Part shown: one piece after another, positions 41,613-53,600 of the stretch
Numbering within the stretch: the stretch's first letter is position 1
Layout of the letters: every line of letters starts with the position of its first letter
Origin: Gammaproteobacteria bacterium
Lineage (GTDB): Bacteria; Pseudomonadota; Gammaproteobacteria; Eutrophobiales; Eutrophobiaceae
Direction: 5' to 3'
DNA: 64,000 bases
Assembly (NCBI GenBank): GCA_963422205.2
Contig: CAXMWX010000005.1
Coordinates: forward strand, 608,001 to 672,000
Position numbers and translations under genes: made by a program
The notes under the pieces: generated by a model
Databases searched by the model: none
What the model was told of the DNA's origin: nothing
What the model saw: only the letters and a program-made list of their open reading frames with translations

Positions 41613-43040
41613 GTGAACACACAGGCCACCACACGCCATCTGTCTTTTAGCGAAAGCGTCAATCACATGGCAGACCGCGCCTTTGCCGTCATGGGTATGG
41701 AACCAGGCGTGGCGAACGCCATCAAGGCCTGCCATGCCGTCATCCAGATCAATTTTCCCATCAGTATTAACGGCAGGATCGAGGTGTTCACCGGCTGGCG
41801 CGCCGTGCATAGCTCGCACCGCCTGCCCGTTAAGGGCGGGATTCGCTTCGCCCCGATTGTCGATCAGGACGAGGTGGAGGCCCTGGCCGCGTTGATGACC
41901 TACAAATGCGCCATCGTGGACGTGCCATTCGGTGGCTCCAAGGGCGGCCTGCTGATTGACCCGTCAAAATACAGCCGTGATGACATGCAGCTCATCACCC
42001 GACGCTTCGCCCGCGAACTCATCCGCAAGGATTTCCTCAGCCCGGCGACCAATGTGCCGGCCCCGGACATGGGCACGGGCGAACGCGAGATGGCCTGGAT
42101 AGCCGACACCTACAAACAACTGCATCCAGAGAATATCAACTATGCGGCCTGCGTCACCGGCAAGCCGGTAGCCCACGGCGGGATCAGAGGCCGCAAAGAG
42201 GCCACGGGGCGGGGCGTGGTGTATGCCATGCGCGAGTTTTTCCGTCATGCTGATGATGTCAAGGCGGCCGGTTTGAGCGGCGATCTCGGCGGTAAAACAG
42301 TGGTACTGCAAGGTCTCGGCAATGTCGGTTATCACGCTGGCAAGCTGCTGGATGAGGAGGATGGCTGCACGATCATCGCGGTGATTGAGCGCGATGGCGC
42401 CCTGCTTAACCCTGACGGGCTGAATATCGAGAACATCCGCCAGCATATCAATCAGCATAAAACGATAAAAGGCTTTCCTGATGCTGAGTTTACCGCCGAT
42501 GGCCGCTCGGCCCTGGAGCTTGTGTGCGACATTCTCATCCCGGCCGCACTGGAGGCACAGATCAATGCGGACAATGCCGGGCGCATCAAGACGCGCCTTA
42601 TCATCGAGGCGGCCAACGGGCCGGTCACGTTTGCGGCCGATGAGCTATTGCGCGGCCGGGGCGTTACCATCCTGCCCGATGCCTATGTGAATGCCGGCGG
42701 CGTCACCGTGTCGTATTTCGAATGGATTCGTAACCTGTCACATATTCGCTTTGGCCGCATGGAGCGGCGCTTTGATGAGATGCGAGGCCAGCATTTTATC
42801 TCGGCCATGGAATCACTCACCGATGGCATCGTGCCGGACTGGATGAGGGCCGAGATCGTCCGTGGTGCTGATGAGTTGGATCTGGTGCGCTCGGGGCTGG
42901 ATGATACCATGCGTAATGCCTATCAGGAGTTAAGCCATACCCTGCACGGGAATGAGAAGATCACCGATTTCAGAACCGCATCGTATGTGGTTGCCGTCTC
43001 CAAGATCGCCCGTTCATATTTTGATATTGGCGTGTATTGA
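41613..43040 (+). CDS. Glu/Leu/Phe/Val dehydrogenase (glutamate dehydrogenase)
   Basis: KGGIRF, PFGGSKGG, VPAPDMGT, QGLGNVG, EAANGP, NAGGVTVSYFEW; GTG start. Confidence 0.92.
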   Translation: MNTQATTRHLSFSESVNHMADRAFAVMGMEPGVANAIKACHAVIQINFPISINGRIEVFTGWRAVHSSHRLPVKGGIRFAPIVDQDEVEALAALMTYKCAIVDVPFGGSKGGLLIDPSKYSRDDMQLITRRFARELIRKDFLSPATNVPAPDMGTGEREMAWIADTYKQLHPENINYAACVTGKPVAHGGIRGRKEATGRGVVYAMREFFRHADDVKAAGLSGDLGGKTVVLQGLGNVGYHAGKLLDEEDGCTIIAVIERDGALLNPDGLNIENIRQHINQHKTIKGFPDAEFTADGRSALELVCDILIPAALEAQINADNAGRIKTRLIIEAANGPVTFAADELLRGRGVTILPDAYVNAGGVTVSYFEWIRNLSHIRFGRMERRFDEMRGQHFISAMESLTDGIVPDWMRAEIVRGADELDLVRSGLDDTMRNAYQELSHTLHGNEKITDFRTASYVVAVSKIARSYFDIGVY

Positions 43041-43097
43041 CCCCTTAAAGCCCGCCAGTACGTGGGCGCATCACGCTGATTTACCGGTAAGAAAATT

Positions 43098-44461
43098 ATG
43101 CTGGAGATAAAAGAGACTCCTTATTGCTATGAAGAATCCCAACAGTCTGGATTCCAAGAACTGGCCGACAGGGTTCAACACCTAAGAGACAGCGGAGAAC
43201 TGTCACCGGACAGCCTTTATCGGATCCGCCGTTTCTTCCGAATGAAGAATATCTACCATTCAAACGCCATTGAAGGCAACCTGCTGGATGTGGGTGAAAC
43301 CCGGCAGGTGGTTGAACACGGATTAACCCTCGCCGGCAAGCCGTTAAAAGACCAGGCAGAAGCGCGCAATCTCTCTGATGCCATCGATTTTCTGGAGGAT
43401 CTGGCGGCAGGGGACAGCCCGATCACAGAGCATGATCTCCGGCAAATTCACCATCTGGTTTTGAAGGGAATCAACGATGAGGAGGCTGGAAGCTACCGCA
43501 AAGTGCCGGTTGAAATCTCAGGGTCTGACTACACGCCTCCTCGACCTGAGTCGATCCCGATTGAGATGGCAGCGCTGTCCTCCTGGCTTGCAGATGTGAG
43601 CATAGCGGGCGATGACTATGCTACTCTGAAAGGTCTCCTGGTAGCCGCCGCTGCCCATACCTGGTTCGTTACCACTCATCCTTTTATTGATGGTAATGGC
43701 CGGGTTGCGCGGCTGCTGATGAATCTGTTGCTGATGAGATACGGCTTTCCTATCGGGATCATCACCAAGGAAGACCGGCTTCGCTACTACGATGCGCTGG
43801 AGGAGTCACAAGCCTCGGACTTGACCGCATTTTTAATCCTGCTCGCCGAGTGCATTCACGAAAGCCTGGAGGAGTATGAAAAGGCGGCGGCAGAGCAGCA
43901 GGAACAGACCGAATGGGCGGCATCTCTCGCCCAAAAATTCACCGAGCCAGAACGTGTTCATGCGTACAATGCGTATGAAATCTGGCGCGACGCCATGAAC
44001 GTCCTGAAAAGTTACTTCCGCCAGACGGCCACTACCTTGAACGAGCAAGCAGACTTCGGAAAGATATATTTCAAGGACTTCGGGCAGCTGGAATTTGAGA
44101 AATACGCCATGCTTTGTGCAGGAAAATCGGCAAAAAAACCTGGTTTCTCCGGGTTGATTTCATACGGGGGGATCGCACCGCCCGCTATCTTCTGTTCTTT
44201 GGCTATGGCAGCCATCACTTAAAGAGCAAATGTAAAGTCACCCTGTGGGTAGCCCGGGAGGAACCCGCCGGATCGTTTTACTACGAGCCTACCGACAGGA
44301 TCACCGCCCCCAATGTGCCCGCACTTGCCGAAGTCGGTTATGACATAGCCGGGGAGTGTTTCATAGCCAGAAACATCGATAACAACACATCCAGCCGCCC
44401 TGTGGAGACCATAGGCAGAACATTCTTTGAGGAGATTGTCGCCAGGCATTTCTCCAACTAG
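43098..44461 (+). pseudogene. Fic-domain protein with frameshift in an A7 tract (44132-44138)
   Basis: SNAIEGN and HPFIDGNGRVAR motifs; one more A would give ...SAKKTWFLRVDF... continuing to the stop at 44461. Confidence 0.75.
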
Positions 44462-44528
44462 AAACTGCTTGCTGGATTGAGTTTCACCACCACCCTCATC
44501 CAGTACGCCTGTAGCACCAACAGGTCTG

Positions 44529-44557
44529 CTTGAAACGGCCTGGCATCAGCCTCATAT
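44529..44557 (+). promoter_or_regulatory. Sigma-32 heat-shock promoter of clpB
   Basis: CTTGAA-N15-CCTCATAT, about 30 nt upstream of the clpB ATG. Confidence 0.75.
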
Positions 44558-44588
44558 AGCAGTTATTCAACGCAATTTGATTCAGGCG

Positions 44589-47162
<2,574 letters not shown>

Positions 47163-47388
47163 GTAATTTTTATATAATTCAGGCAGTTAAATGCCATGCC
47201 CTTCACCGGGCCACCACCCCGGGCGGCCTGATGATGCGCCCATATACAAGCAAAAGCTGATCTGTAAGCCACATCAGCACCAGAGAATAACCACCCTGAT
47301 CTGCTGCAAAAGCCGAATAAAGTGTTGGTATAATCTGCAATATAATCTACCATCTGATCCGGGCAATACATTTTAAGGATCATCTGCC

Positions 47389-49110
47389 ATGTCTGTTTCA
47401 CAGAAAAAAATCCGCCTGACCGGGCTGGCCCGGAAACTTGTCATTGATGGCTTGCTGGAAGAAGCGGCAGCGGTGCAGCATTTCCAGAAATCACTCGCCA
47501 AAAAAACCTCGTTTGTCTCGTATCTGGTTGATAACAAACTGGTCGACAGTGCCGCCATCGCCATCGCCGCCGCCCAGGATTTTGGTATGCCGGTGCTGGA
47601 TATTAACTCCGTTGAGCTGGATCTTGATATCATCAAGCTGGTCAAAGAAGACCTGCTGAGAAAACAGCACGCCCTGCCCATATTCCAGCGTGGCAAACGC
47701 CTGTACATTGCCGTGTCTGATCCGACTAACTTACAAGCCCTGGATGAGATTAAATTCGCCACCGGTATGAACACCGAGGCGGTGCTGGTGGAAGAGGACA
47801 AACTGAAAAGCTGCATTGATAAAGCAGCAGAGCAGATGGACAGTGGTCTGGGGGGCATGGAAGATGATGAATTTGGGGAAATGGATGATCTGGAGGTGGC
47901 AGAAGAGGCCGGTCCCGATGCCAGCGATGATGCCGATGTTGATGATGCGCCGGTGGTTAAATTCGTCAACAAATGCCTGCTGGATGCCATCAAGAAAGGG
48001 GCCTCTGATCTGCATTTCGAACCCTATGAGAAGGTGTATCGGGTCCGGTTCCGCATTGATGGTGTGTTGCAGGAAATCGCCAAGCCGCCCACTGCCCTGG
48101 CGGGCAAGATCGCTGCCCGTATCAAAGTCATGTCACGGCTGGATGTCTCAGAAAGGCGGGTCCCCCAGGATGGCCGTATCAAGCTGAAGCTGTCCAAGAC
48201 CAAGTCCATGGATTTTCGCGTCAACACCTGCCCGACCCTGTTTGGCGAGAAGGCGTGTTTGCGTATCTTGAACTCCGATGCAGCCGCCCTGCAAATCGAC
48301 CAGCTAGGCTATGAGGACTTTCAGAAAAAGCTGTTCCTGGATAACCTGCACAAGCCCTATGGCATGTTTCTGGTGACCGGCCCCACCGGTAGCGGCAAGA
48401 CCGTCTCTTTATATACCGGCATCAATATCTTAAATCAGGAAGATATCAATATCTCCACGGCGGAAGACCCGGTGGAGATCAACTTGCCCGGCGTCAATCA
48501 GGTACAGGTGGATGAGCGTACCGGCATGTCGTTTGACAAGGCATTAAAGGCGTTTTTGCGCCAGGACCCGGATATTATTTTGGTGGGTGAGATTCGCGAT
48601 CTGGGCACCGGTGCGATAGCCGTTAAAGCAGCACAGACCGGCCACATGGTGATGTCCACTCTGCATACCAACGACTGCCCACAGACCTTGACCCGTTTGC
48701 AGGACATGGGAATCGCTGCCTTTGCTGTCGCAACGGCGATTAACCTGATCACGGCACAGCGCCTGTGTCGGCGTCTGCATCCTGAATATAAAGAGGCGCT
48801 GGATATTGATGATAAATCGCTCTTAAAAGAGGGCTTCTCGCAGGAGTTGATTGATGAGGGCGTCACGCTGTACGGGCCGGTGACCGGCAATGAAGATTGC
48901 CCCAGTGGCTATAAGGGTCGGGCCGGCATCTACCAGGTCATGCCCATCTCCGATGCCATGAAACGCCTCATCATTGAAGGGGCGAATGCCGTGCAACTGG
49001 CCGACCAGGCAGGCAAAGAGGGGATCTGGGATATTCGCCGTTCCGGATTGGCAAAAGCGATGCAGGGCGTGACCAGCCTTGCTGAAGTGAACCGAGTAAC
49101 CGTGGAGTAG
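47389..49110 (+). CDS. pilB: Type IVa pilus assembly ATPase PilB
   Basis: ERRVPQDGR, GPTGSGKT, TAEDPVE, LRQDPD, TGH..STLHTN. Confidence 0.95.
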   Translation: MSVSQKKIRLTGLARKLVIDGLLEEAAAVQHFQKSLAKKTSFVSYLVDNKLVDSAAIAIAAAQDFGMPVLDINSVELDLDIIKLVKEDLLRKQHALPIFQRGKRLYIAVSDPTNLQALDEIKFATGMNTEAVLVEEDKLKSCIDKAAEQMDSGLGGMEDDEFGEMDDLEVAEEAGPDASDDADVDDAPVVKFVNKCLLDAIKKGASDLHFEPYEKVYRVRFRIDGVLQEIAKPPTALAGKIAARIKVMSRLDVSERRVPQDGRIKLKLSKTKSMDFRVNTCPTLFGEKACLRILNSDAAALQIDQLGYEDFQKKLFLDNLHKPYGMFLVTGPTGSGKTVSLYTGINILNQEDINISTAEDPVEINLPGVNQVQVDERTGMSFDKALKAFLRQDPDIILVGEIRDLGTGAIAVKAAQTGHMVMSTLHTNDCPQTLTRLQDMGIAAFAVATAINLITAQRLCRRLHPEYKEALDIDDKSLLKEGFSQELIDEGVTLYGPVTGNEDCPSGYKGRAGIYQVMPISDAMKRLIIEGANAVQLADQAGKEGIWDIRRSGLAKAMQGVTSLAEVNRVTVE

Positions 49111-49114
49111 AACA

Positions 49115-50335
49115 ATGGCACAAGCGGCTAAAGATCAGATGTTTGTATGGGAAGGTACGGATAAGAGCGGAAAGAAAGTCAAGGGTGAGATAGCCGGGCA
49201 GAGTGATGCCCTGGTCAAGGCCCTGCTACGAAGACAAGGCGTCAACCCATCCAGGGTCAAGAAAAAACCCAAGCCGTTGCTTGGCGGCGGTGGCAATAAA
49301 AAAATCACCACCAAAGACATTACGATTTTCGCCCGCCAGCTGGCCACCATGATGTCATCGGGTGTGCCACTGGTGCAATCGTTTGACATTGTCGGTCGGG
49401 GTCATGAAAACCAGGGGATGCAGGAATTGATCTTGACGATCAAGGCAGACGTTGAGGCGGGCAGCACCTTAACAGAAGCCCTGTCCAAGCATCCGCTGTA
49501 TTTCAACGAGTTGTTCGTCAACCTGGTGGGGGCGGGCGAGCAAGCCGGTATTCTGGAATCCATTCTGCACAAGCTGGCGATTTATCTTGAGAAAACCGAA
49601 TCACTAAAGGCCAAGATCAAAAAAGCCATGTTCTACCCCATTGCGGTTATCGTGGTTGCCTTTATCATCACCACCATCTTGATGATCTTCGTGGTGCCGC
49701 AGTTTGCCGAGTTGTTTGAAGGCTTTGGCTCGGCCCTGCCAGCACCCACGCAGTTTGTGGTGAATGTCTCCGAATTCTTCCAGTCTTACTGGTACATCAT
49801 GGTGGCGGCAGCCTATGTTGGCGTCAAGGGCACGACTGAACTGAAAAGGCGCTCAAAGCCGTTTGCCCATGCGATTGATCGTTACTCTCTCAAGGCGCCG
49901 GTGGTCGGAGATATTCTGAACAAATCAGCCATCGCCCGTTTTGCCCGTACCTTATCCACCATGTTCGCTGCGGGTACACCGCTGGTCGAGTCCCTCGTAT
50001 CTGTGGCCGGTGCTTGCGGCAATATTGTGTACTACGATGCCACCATGAAGATGCGTGATGATGTCTCCACTGGTACACAACTTCAGACCTCCATGCGTGA
50101 GTCTGGCCTGTTTCCCAATATGGTCGTGCAGATGGTGCAGATTGGCGAGGAGGCCGGCTCGCTCGATCAGATGCTGGGCAAGGTGGCCGACTTCTATGAT
50201 GAGGAGGTGGATAATGCGGTTGATGCACTGACCAGCCTGCTGGAGCCGATCATCATGGCCTTTTTGGGTGTTGTCATTGGTGGCCTGGTGGTTGCCATGT
50301 ACCTGCCTATCTTCAAAATGGGCGATGCCTTGTAA
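49115..50335 (+). CDS. pilC: Type IV pilus platform protein PilC
   Basis: RQLATM, GEQAG, IKKAMFYP, EPIIM..YLPIF. Confidence 0.95.
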   Translation: MAQAAKDQMFVWEGTDKSGKKVKGEIAGQSDALVKALLRRQGVNPSRVKKKPKPLLGGGGNKKITTKDITIFARQLATMMSSGVPLVQSFDIVGRGHENQGMQELILTIKADVEAGSTLTEALSKHPLYFNELFVNLVGAGEQAGILESILHKLAIYLEKTESLKAKIKKAMFYPIAVIVVAFIITTILMIFVVPQFAELFEGFGSALPAPTQFVVNVSEFFQSYWYIMVAAAYVGVKGTTELKRRSKPFAHAIDRYSLKAPVVGDILNKSAIARFARTLSTMFAAGTPLVESLVSVAGACGNIVYYDATMKMRDDVSTGTQLQTSMRESGLFPNMVVQMVQIGEEAGSLDQMLGKVADFYDEEVDNAVDALTSLLEPIIMAFLGVVIGGLVVAMYLPIFKMGDAL

Positions 50336-50367
50336 GTCATAATTTTTTTCGGGCAGCAATCTACCAT

Positions 50368-50403
50368 CAGGCAGCCCAGATCACACCTGATCTGGGCTGC
50401 CTG
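50368..50403. repeat. Perfect 16-bp inverted repeat between pilC and pilD
   Basis: CAGGCAGCCCAGATCA-cacc-TGATCTGGGCTGCCTG; no U-tract. Confidence 0.85.
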
Positions 50404-50432
50404 TCCCTGCCACTTCACCTCAGCCCTGATCC

Positions 50433-51317
50433 ATGCAGTTCATTGAATTGCTACAAAGCTCCCCTGGATTTTTCTATGTGGCGGTTGGCCTGCTTGGATT
50501 GGTTATCGGCAGTTTCTTGAATGTCGTCATTGTGCGCCTGCCGGTGATGATGGAGAGAGACTGGCGCCGTGATTGTTGCAGCTTCCTGAAAATTGACGAC
50601 AACAACCAAGACCAGGATGAGCGGTTTAACCTGTTGCACCCTCCGTCACAATGCCCGGTTTGTCACCAGCCCATTGCTCTGTTGGAGAACATCCCCCTGC
50701 TCAGTTATTTTTTTCTTGCTGGCAAGTGTGCAACATGCCAGGCCAGCATCTCTTTACGTTATCCCCTGGTGGAGTTACTGACTTGCCTGCTGACATTGGT
50801 GGTTGCCTTGCACTTCGGGGCGAGGGTGGAGACACTTTTTGCGTGCCTGCTGGTGTGGGCCTTGATCGCATTAAGCTTCATCGACCTTGACAAACAGCTA
50901 TTGCCTGATGAGATCACCTTGCCACTCTTATGGTCAGGTATCCTCTGCAACCTGTTCGGGATATTCGAGCAAACCCTGAAGGTGAATCTCCACACCAGCA
51001 TCATCGGCTGTATCATCGGCTACCTTATCTTATGGGGTGTGTTTCATGTATTCCGGATCATCACCGGCAAGGAAGGCATGGGCTACGGCGACTTCAAACT
51101 GCTGGCCGCACTGGGGGCCTGGTTAGGCTGGCCGTATATCCCTGGCATCATCTTGTTGTCCTCTGCCACTGGTGCGCTTGTTGGCATCGCCATGATCCTC
51201 TGCCGTCATCACACACGAGAAACACCCATCCCCTTCGGCCCGTACCTTGCGCTTGCCGGTTTTATCAACCTCATCTGGGGACCGAAGATTCTGTCTTTGA
51301 CCGTCAACCTGTCATGA
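50433..51317 (+). CDS. pilD: Prepilin peptidase/N-methyltransferase
   Basis: GSFLNVVI.RLP, two CxxC, IDLD..LLPD, GMGYGDFKL, PFGPYL. Confidence 0.96.
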   Translation: MQFIELLQSSPGFFYVAVGLLGLVIGSFLNVVIVRLPVMMERDWRRDCCSFLKIDDNNQDQDERFNLLHPPSQCPVCHQPIALLENIPLLSYFFLAGKCATCQASISLRYPLVELLTCLLTLVVALHFGARVETLFACLLVWALIALSFIDLDKQLLPDEITLPLLWSGILCNLFGIFEQTLKVNLHTSIIGCIIGYLILWGVFHVFRIITGKEGMGYGDFKLLAALGAWLGWPYIPGIILLSSATGALVGIAMILCRHHTRETPIPFGPYLALAGFINLIWGPKILSLTVNLS

Positions 51318-51916
51318 CCGGCTTGCTGAAAGTTGGACTCACGGGCGGTATCGGCAGCGGCAAAACGACTGTCACCGCCTTGTTCGCTGATTGCGGTGCG
51401 CCCTGTATTGATGCCGATCGAATATCACACGCCGTCACCGAGCCAGACCAGCCCGGTTATGATGGTATCATCGCCTTATTCGGCACCGGCGTCATAGCCG
51501 CTGATGGACGCCTGGACAGACGCAAGATAAGAGACATTGTTTTTCGTGATGATGTGCTGAAGACCAAGTTGGAAAACGTGATTCATCCCCTGGTCAAGGC
51601 CGCCATTGGCGAGTTGACAGGACAAGTGAAATACAAATACTGCATAATCAGCATCCCGCTGTTACTGGAAACAGAGACCAGCGCCGAGGTGGATCGGGTG
51701 CTGGTGGTCGATCTGCCCGAGGACTTGCAGATACTGCGTGCCTGCAACAGAGATAATGCAACAACACAAAGCATAAAAAATATTATCAAGGCGCAAATAC
51801 CCAGAGAGCAACGCCTGACGAGCGCCGATGATGTGATACACAATACCAGGGATTTCAGCTTTCTTAGGCAACAGGTGGAAGTTCTGCACGAGAAATATCT
51901 TCAGTTAGCTGAATGA
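51314..51916 (+). CDS. coaE: Dephospho-CoA kinase
   Basis: GLTGGIGSGKT, DAD, IHP, IPLL.E; start ATG 51314 overlaps the pilD stop. Confidence 0.95.
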   Translation: MTGLLKVGLTGGIGSGKTTVTALFADCGAPCIDADRISHAVTEPDQPGYDGIIALFGTGVIAADGRLDRRKIRDIVFRDDVLKTKLENVIHPLVKAAIGELTGQVKYKYCIISIPLLLETETSAEVDRVLVVDLPEDLQILRACNRDNATTQSIKNIIKAQIPREQRLTSADDVIHNTRDFSFLRQQVEVLHEKYLQLAE

Positions 51917-51950
51917 AGAGATATAGCCAGGCATACATGATCTGGATGTT

Positions 51951-52367
51951 TTATCTGGATGTATGCAACATGGAATCAATGATCTTCATATTGCCGCTCA
52001 GCATATTGACAGACAAGAGTTGCTCCGGCCTGACCCATTTAATCGGCTGATTTTCCCTGGCAGCTAACTCACCCTGCCATAGACTTACCTGATGAACATA
52101 AAGCCTGACCTGCTCATACCCGTGATCATCATAGTCATAATCATATTCAAGTAAGGGTGTGCATTTAATCACCTCAATATTAATCTCTTCCAGCAATTCC
52201 CTCCTAAGCGCGGCCACAGCATCTTCATGTGTTTCTATCTTGCCACCGGGGAATTCCCAGTAGCTCGATCGATCCCGGCCCCCGGGTCGTTGTGCGATCA
52301 AGATTTCCTGGCCATCCGGGCTGTAAATAACGCCAACCGCTACCTTAATCCGGCCCATCAGGAACAA
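51951..52367 (-). CDS. mutT: 8-oxo-dGTP diphosphatase (Nudix)
   Basis: WEFPGGKIE...ALRRELLEE Nudix box; secA-argJ-mutT synteny. Confidence 0.85.
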   Translation of the reverse strand: MFLMGRIKVAVGVIYSPDGQEILIAQRPGGRDRSSYWEFPGGKIETHEDAVAALRRELLEEINIEVIKCTPLLEYDYDYDDHGYEQVRLYVHQVSLWQGELAARENQPIKWVRPEQLLSVNMLSGNMKIIDSMLHTSR

Positions 52368-52369
52368 GA

Positions 52370-53578
52370 CTAGGTGCGGTAGGCGGCATTGATCGTGACA
52401 TATTCATGAGAGAAATCGCATGTCCATACATGATAGTCCGCACTGCCCCGGTTTAACTCGACTGTTATGGTGATATCTTCTGTCTGCATGATTCTCTGCC
52501 CCTGTTGTTCAGTGTAATGATGACAGCGGCCACCATTTTCAACAACACAGATCTCACCCAGGTAGATCCGTACCCGGTCAATGGCAAGATCGCTGATATC
52601 CGCTCTGCCAACAACGGCAAGAAGGCGTCCCCAGTTCGGATCAGAGGCATACAAAGCGGTTTTAACCAACGGCGAGCTGGCCAGTAGGAAGGCCAGATTT
52701 TTGCATTCCAACGCAGACTTGCCAGCAGTCACCTTCACAGTGACAAACTTGGTGGCCCCCTCTGCATCTTTGATAATCGCCCGGGCCAGTGCCCGGCAGA
52801 CATGCTCGATGGCATCTGCAAAGGATTGACAGGCGGGATGCGATGGCTGGATTTCGGTATTGGTCGCTCGCCGGGTGGCCGTCAATATACAGGCATCATT
52901 GGTTGAGGTATCACCATCCACACAAATCCGATTAAATGTGTTAGCCACACTTTGTGCCAATACCGCATCCAGACATGTCGGTGCAACAACAGCATCCGTA
53001 CAGATAAAGGCCAGCATCGTTGCCATATCGGGTTTTATCATGCCGGCCCCTTTTGCAATCCCGGATATCGTCACGGTTTGCCCGTCGATTTCCAACTGCC
53101 TGCTGCAATATTTCGCCTGGGTATCCGTGGTCATGATGGCATGAGCAGAGGCCAGCCAGTTATCCTCGCTCAATCCCTTAACTAAAGTCTTCAACTGGGC
53201 AATGATGTTATCTGTCGGCAGATATTCGCCGATGACCCCGGTAGAGAATGGCAGCACAGCATCAACATCTGTATCCACCAAATCAGCCAGCACCTGGCAG
53301 ATCTGTCTTGCATCATCCAGGCCCTTATCACCGGTACCAGCATTGGCATTACCGGCATTGATCAACAAATAGCGAGGGGACGATCGGCTTATCCTGTCTC
53401 TGGCGATAATCACCGGGGCTGCCAGGAATTTATTTTTGGTGAAAACTGCTGAGGAGATTGATGTGGGTGCAAACTCAAATAATGCCAGATCATGACGCCG
53501 GTGATCATACATGCCGGCAGTGGCAGCGGCTAACCTGACCCCGTGAACAGGCAAGCACAGATCATCCGCCAGGCTCAT
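52370..53578 (-). CDS. argJ: Glutamate N-acetyltransferase
   Basis: NAGNANA, STGVIG, KGAGMIKPDMATML, DTSTND, DPNWGR. Confidence 0.96.
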   Translation of the reverse strand: MSLADDLCLPVHGVRLAAATAGMYDHRRHDLALFEFAPTSISSAVFTKNKFLAAPVIIARDRISRSSPRYLLINAGNANAGTGDKGLDDARQICQVLADLVDTDVDAVLPFSTGVIGEYLPTDNIIAQLKTLVKGLSEDNWLASAHAIMTTDTQAKYCSRQLEIDGQTVTISGIAKGAGMIKPDMATMLAFICTDAVVAPTCLDAVLAQSVANTFNRICVDGDTSTNDACILTATRRATNTEIQPSHPACQSFADAIEHVCRALARAIIKDAEGATKFVTVKVTAGKSALECKNLAFLLASSPLVKTALYASDPNWGRLLAVVGRADISDLAIDRVRIYLGEICVVENGGRCHHYTEQQGQRIMQTEDITITVELNRGSADYHVWTCDFSHEYVTINAAYRT

Positions 53579-53600
53579 GGGGTTGATGCTGTATGCAGGA

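Noticed and set aside
47325-47350. Duplicated TATAATCT upstream of pilB as a sigma-54 promoter
   Set aside because: GG-to-GC spacing is 8 rather than 10. It may be a sigma-70 -10 box, but I could not identify a convincing -35.
50930-51313. Apparent N-terminal extension or fusion on CoaE
   Set aside because: It overlaps pilD out of frame; the natural start is ATG 51314.
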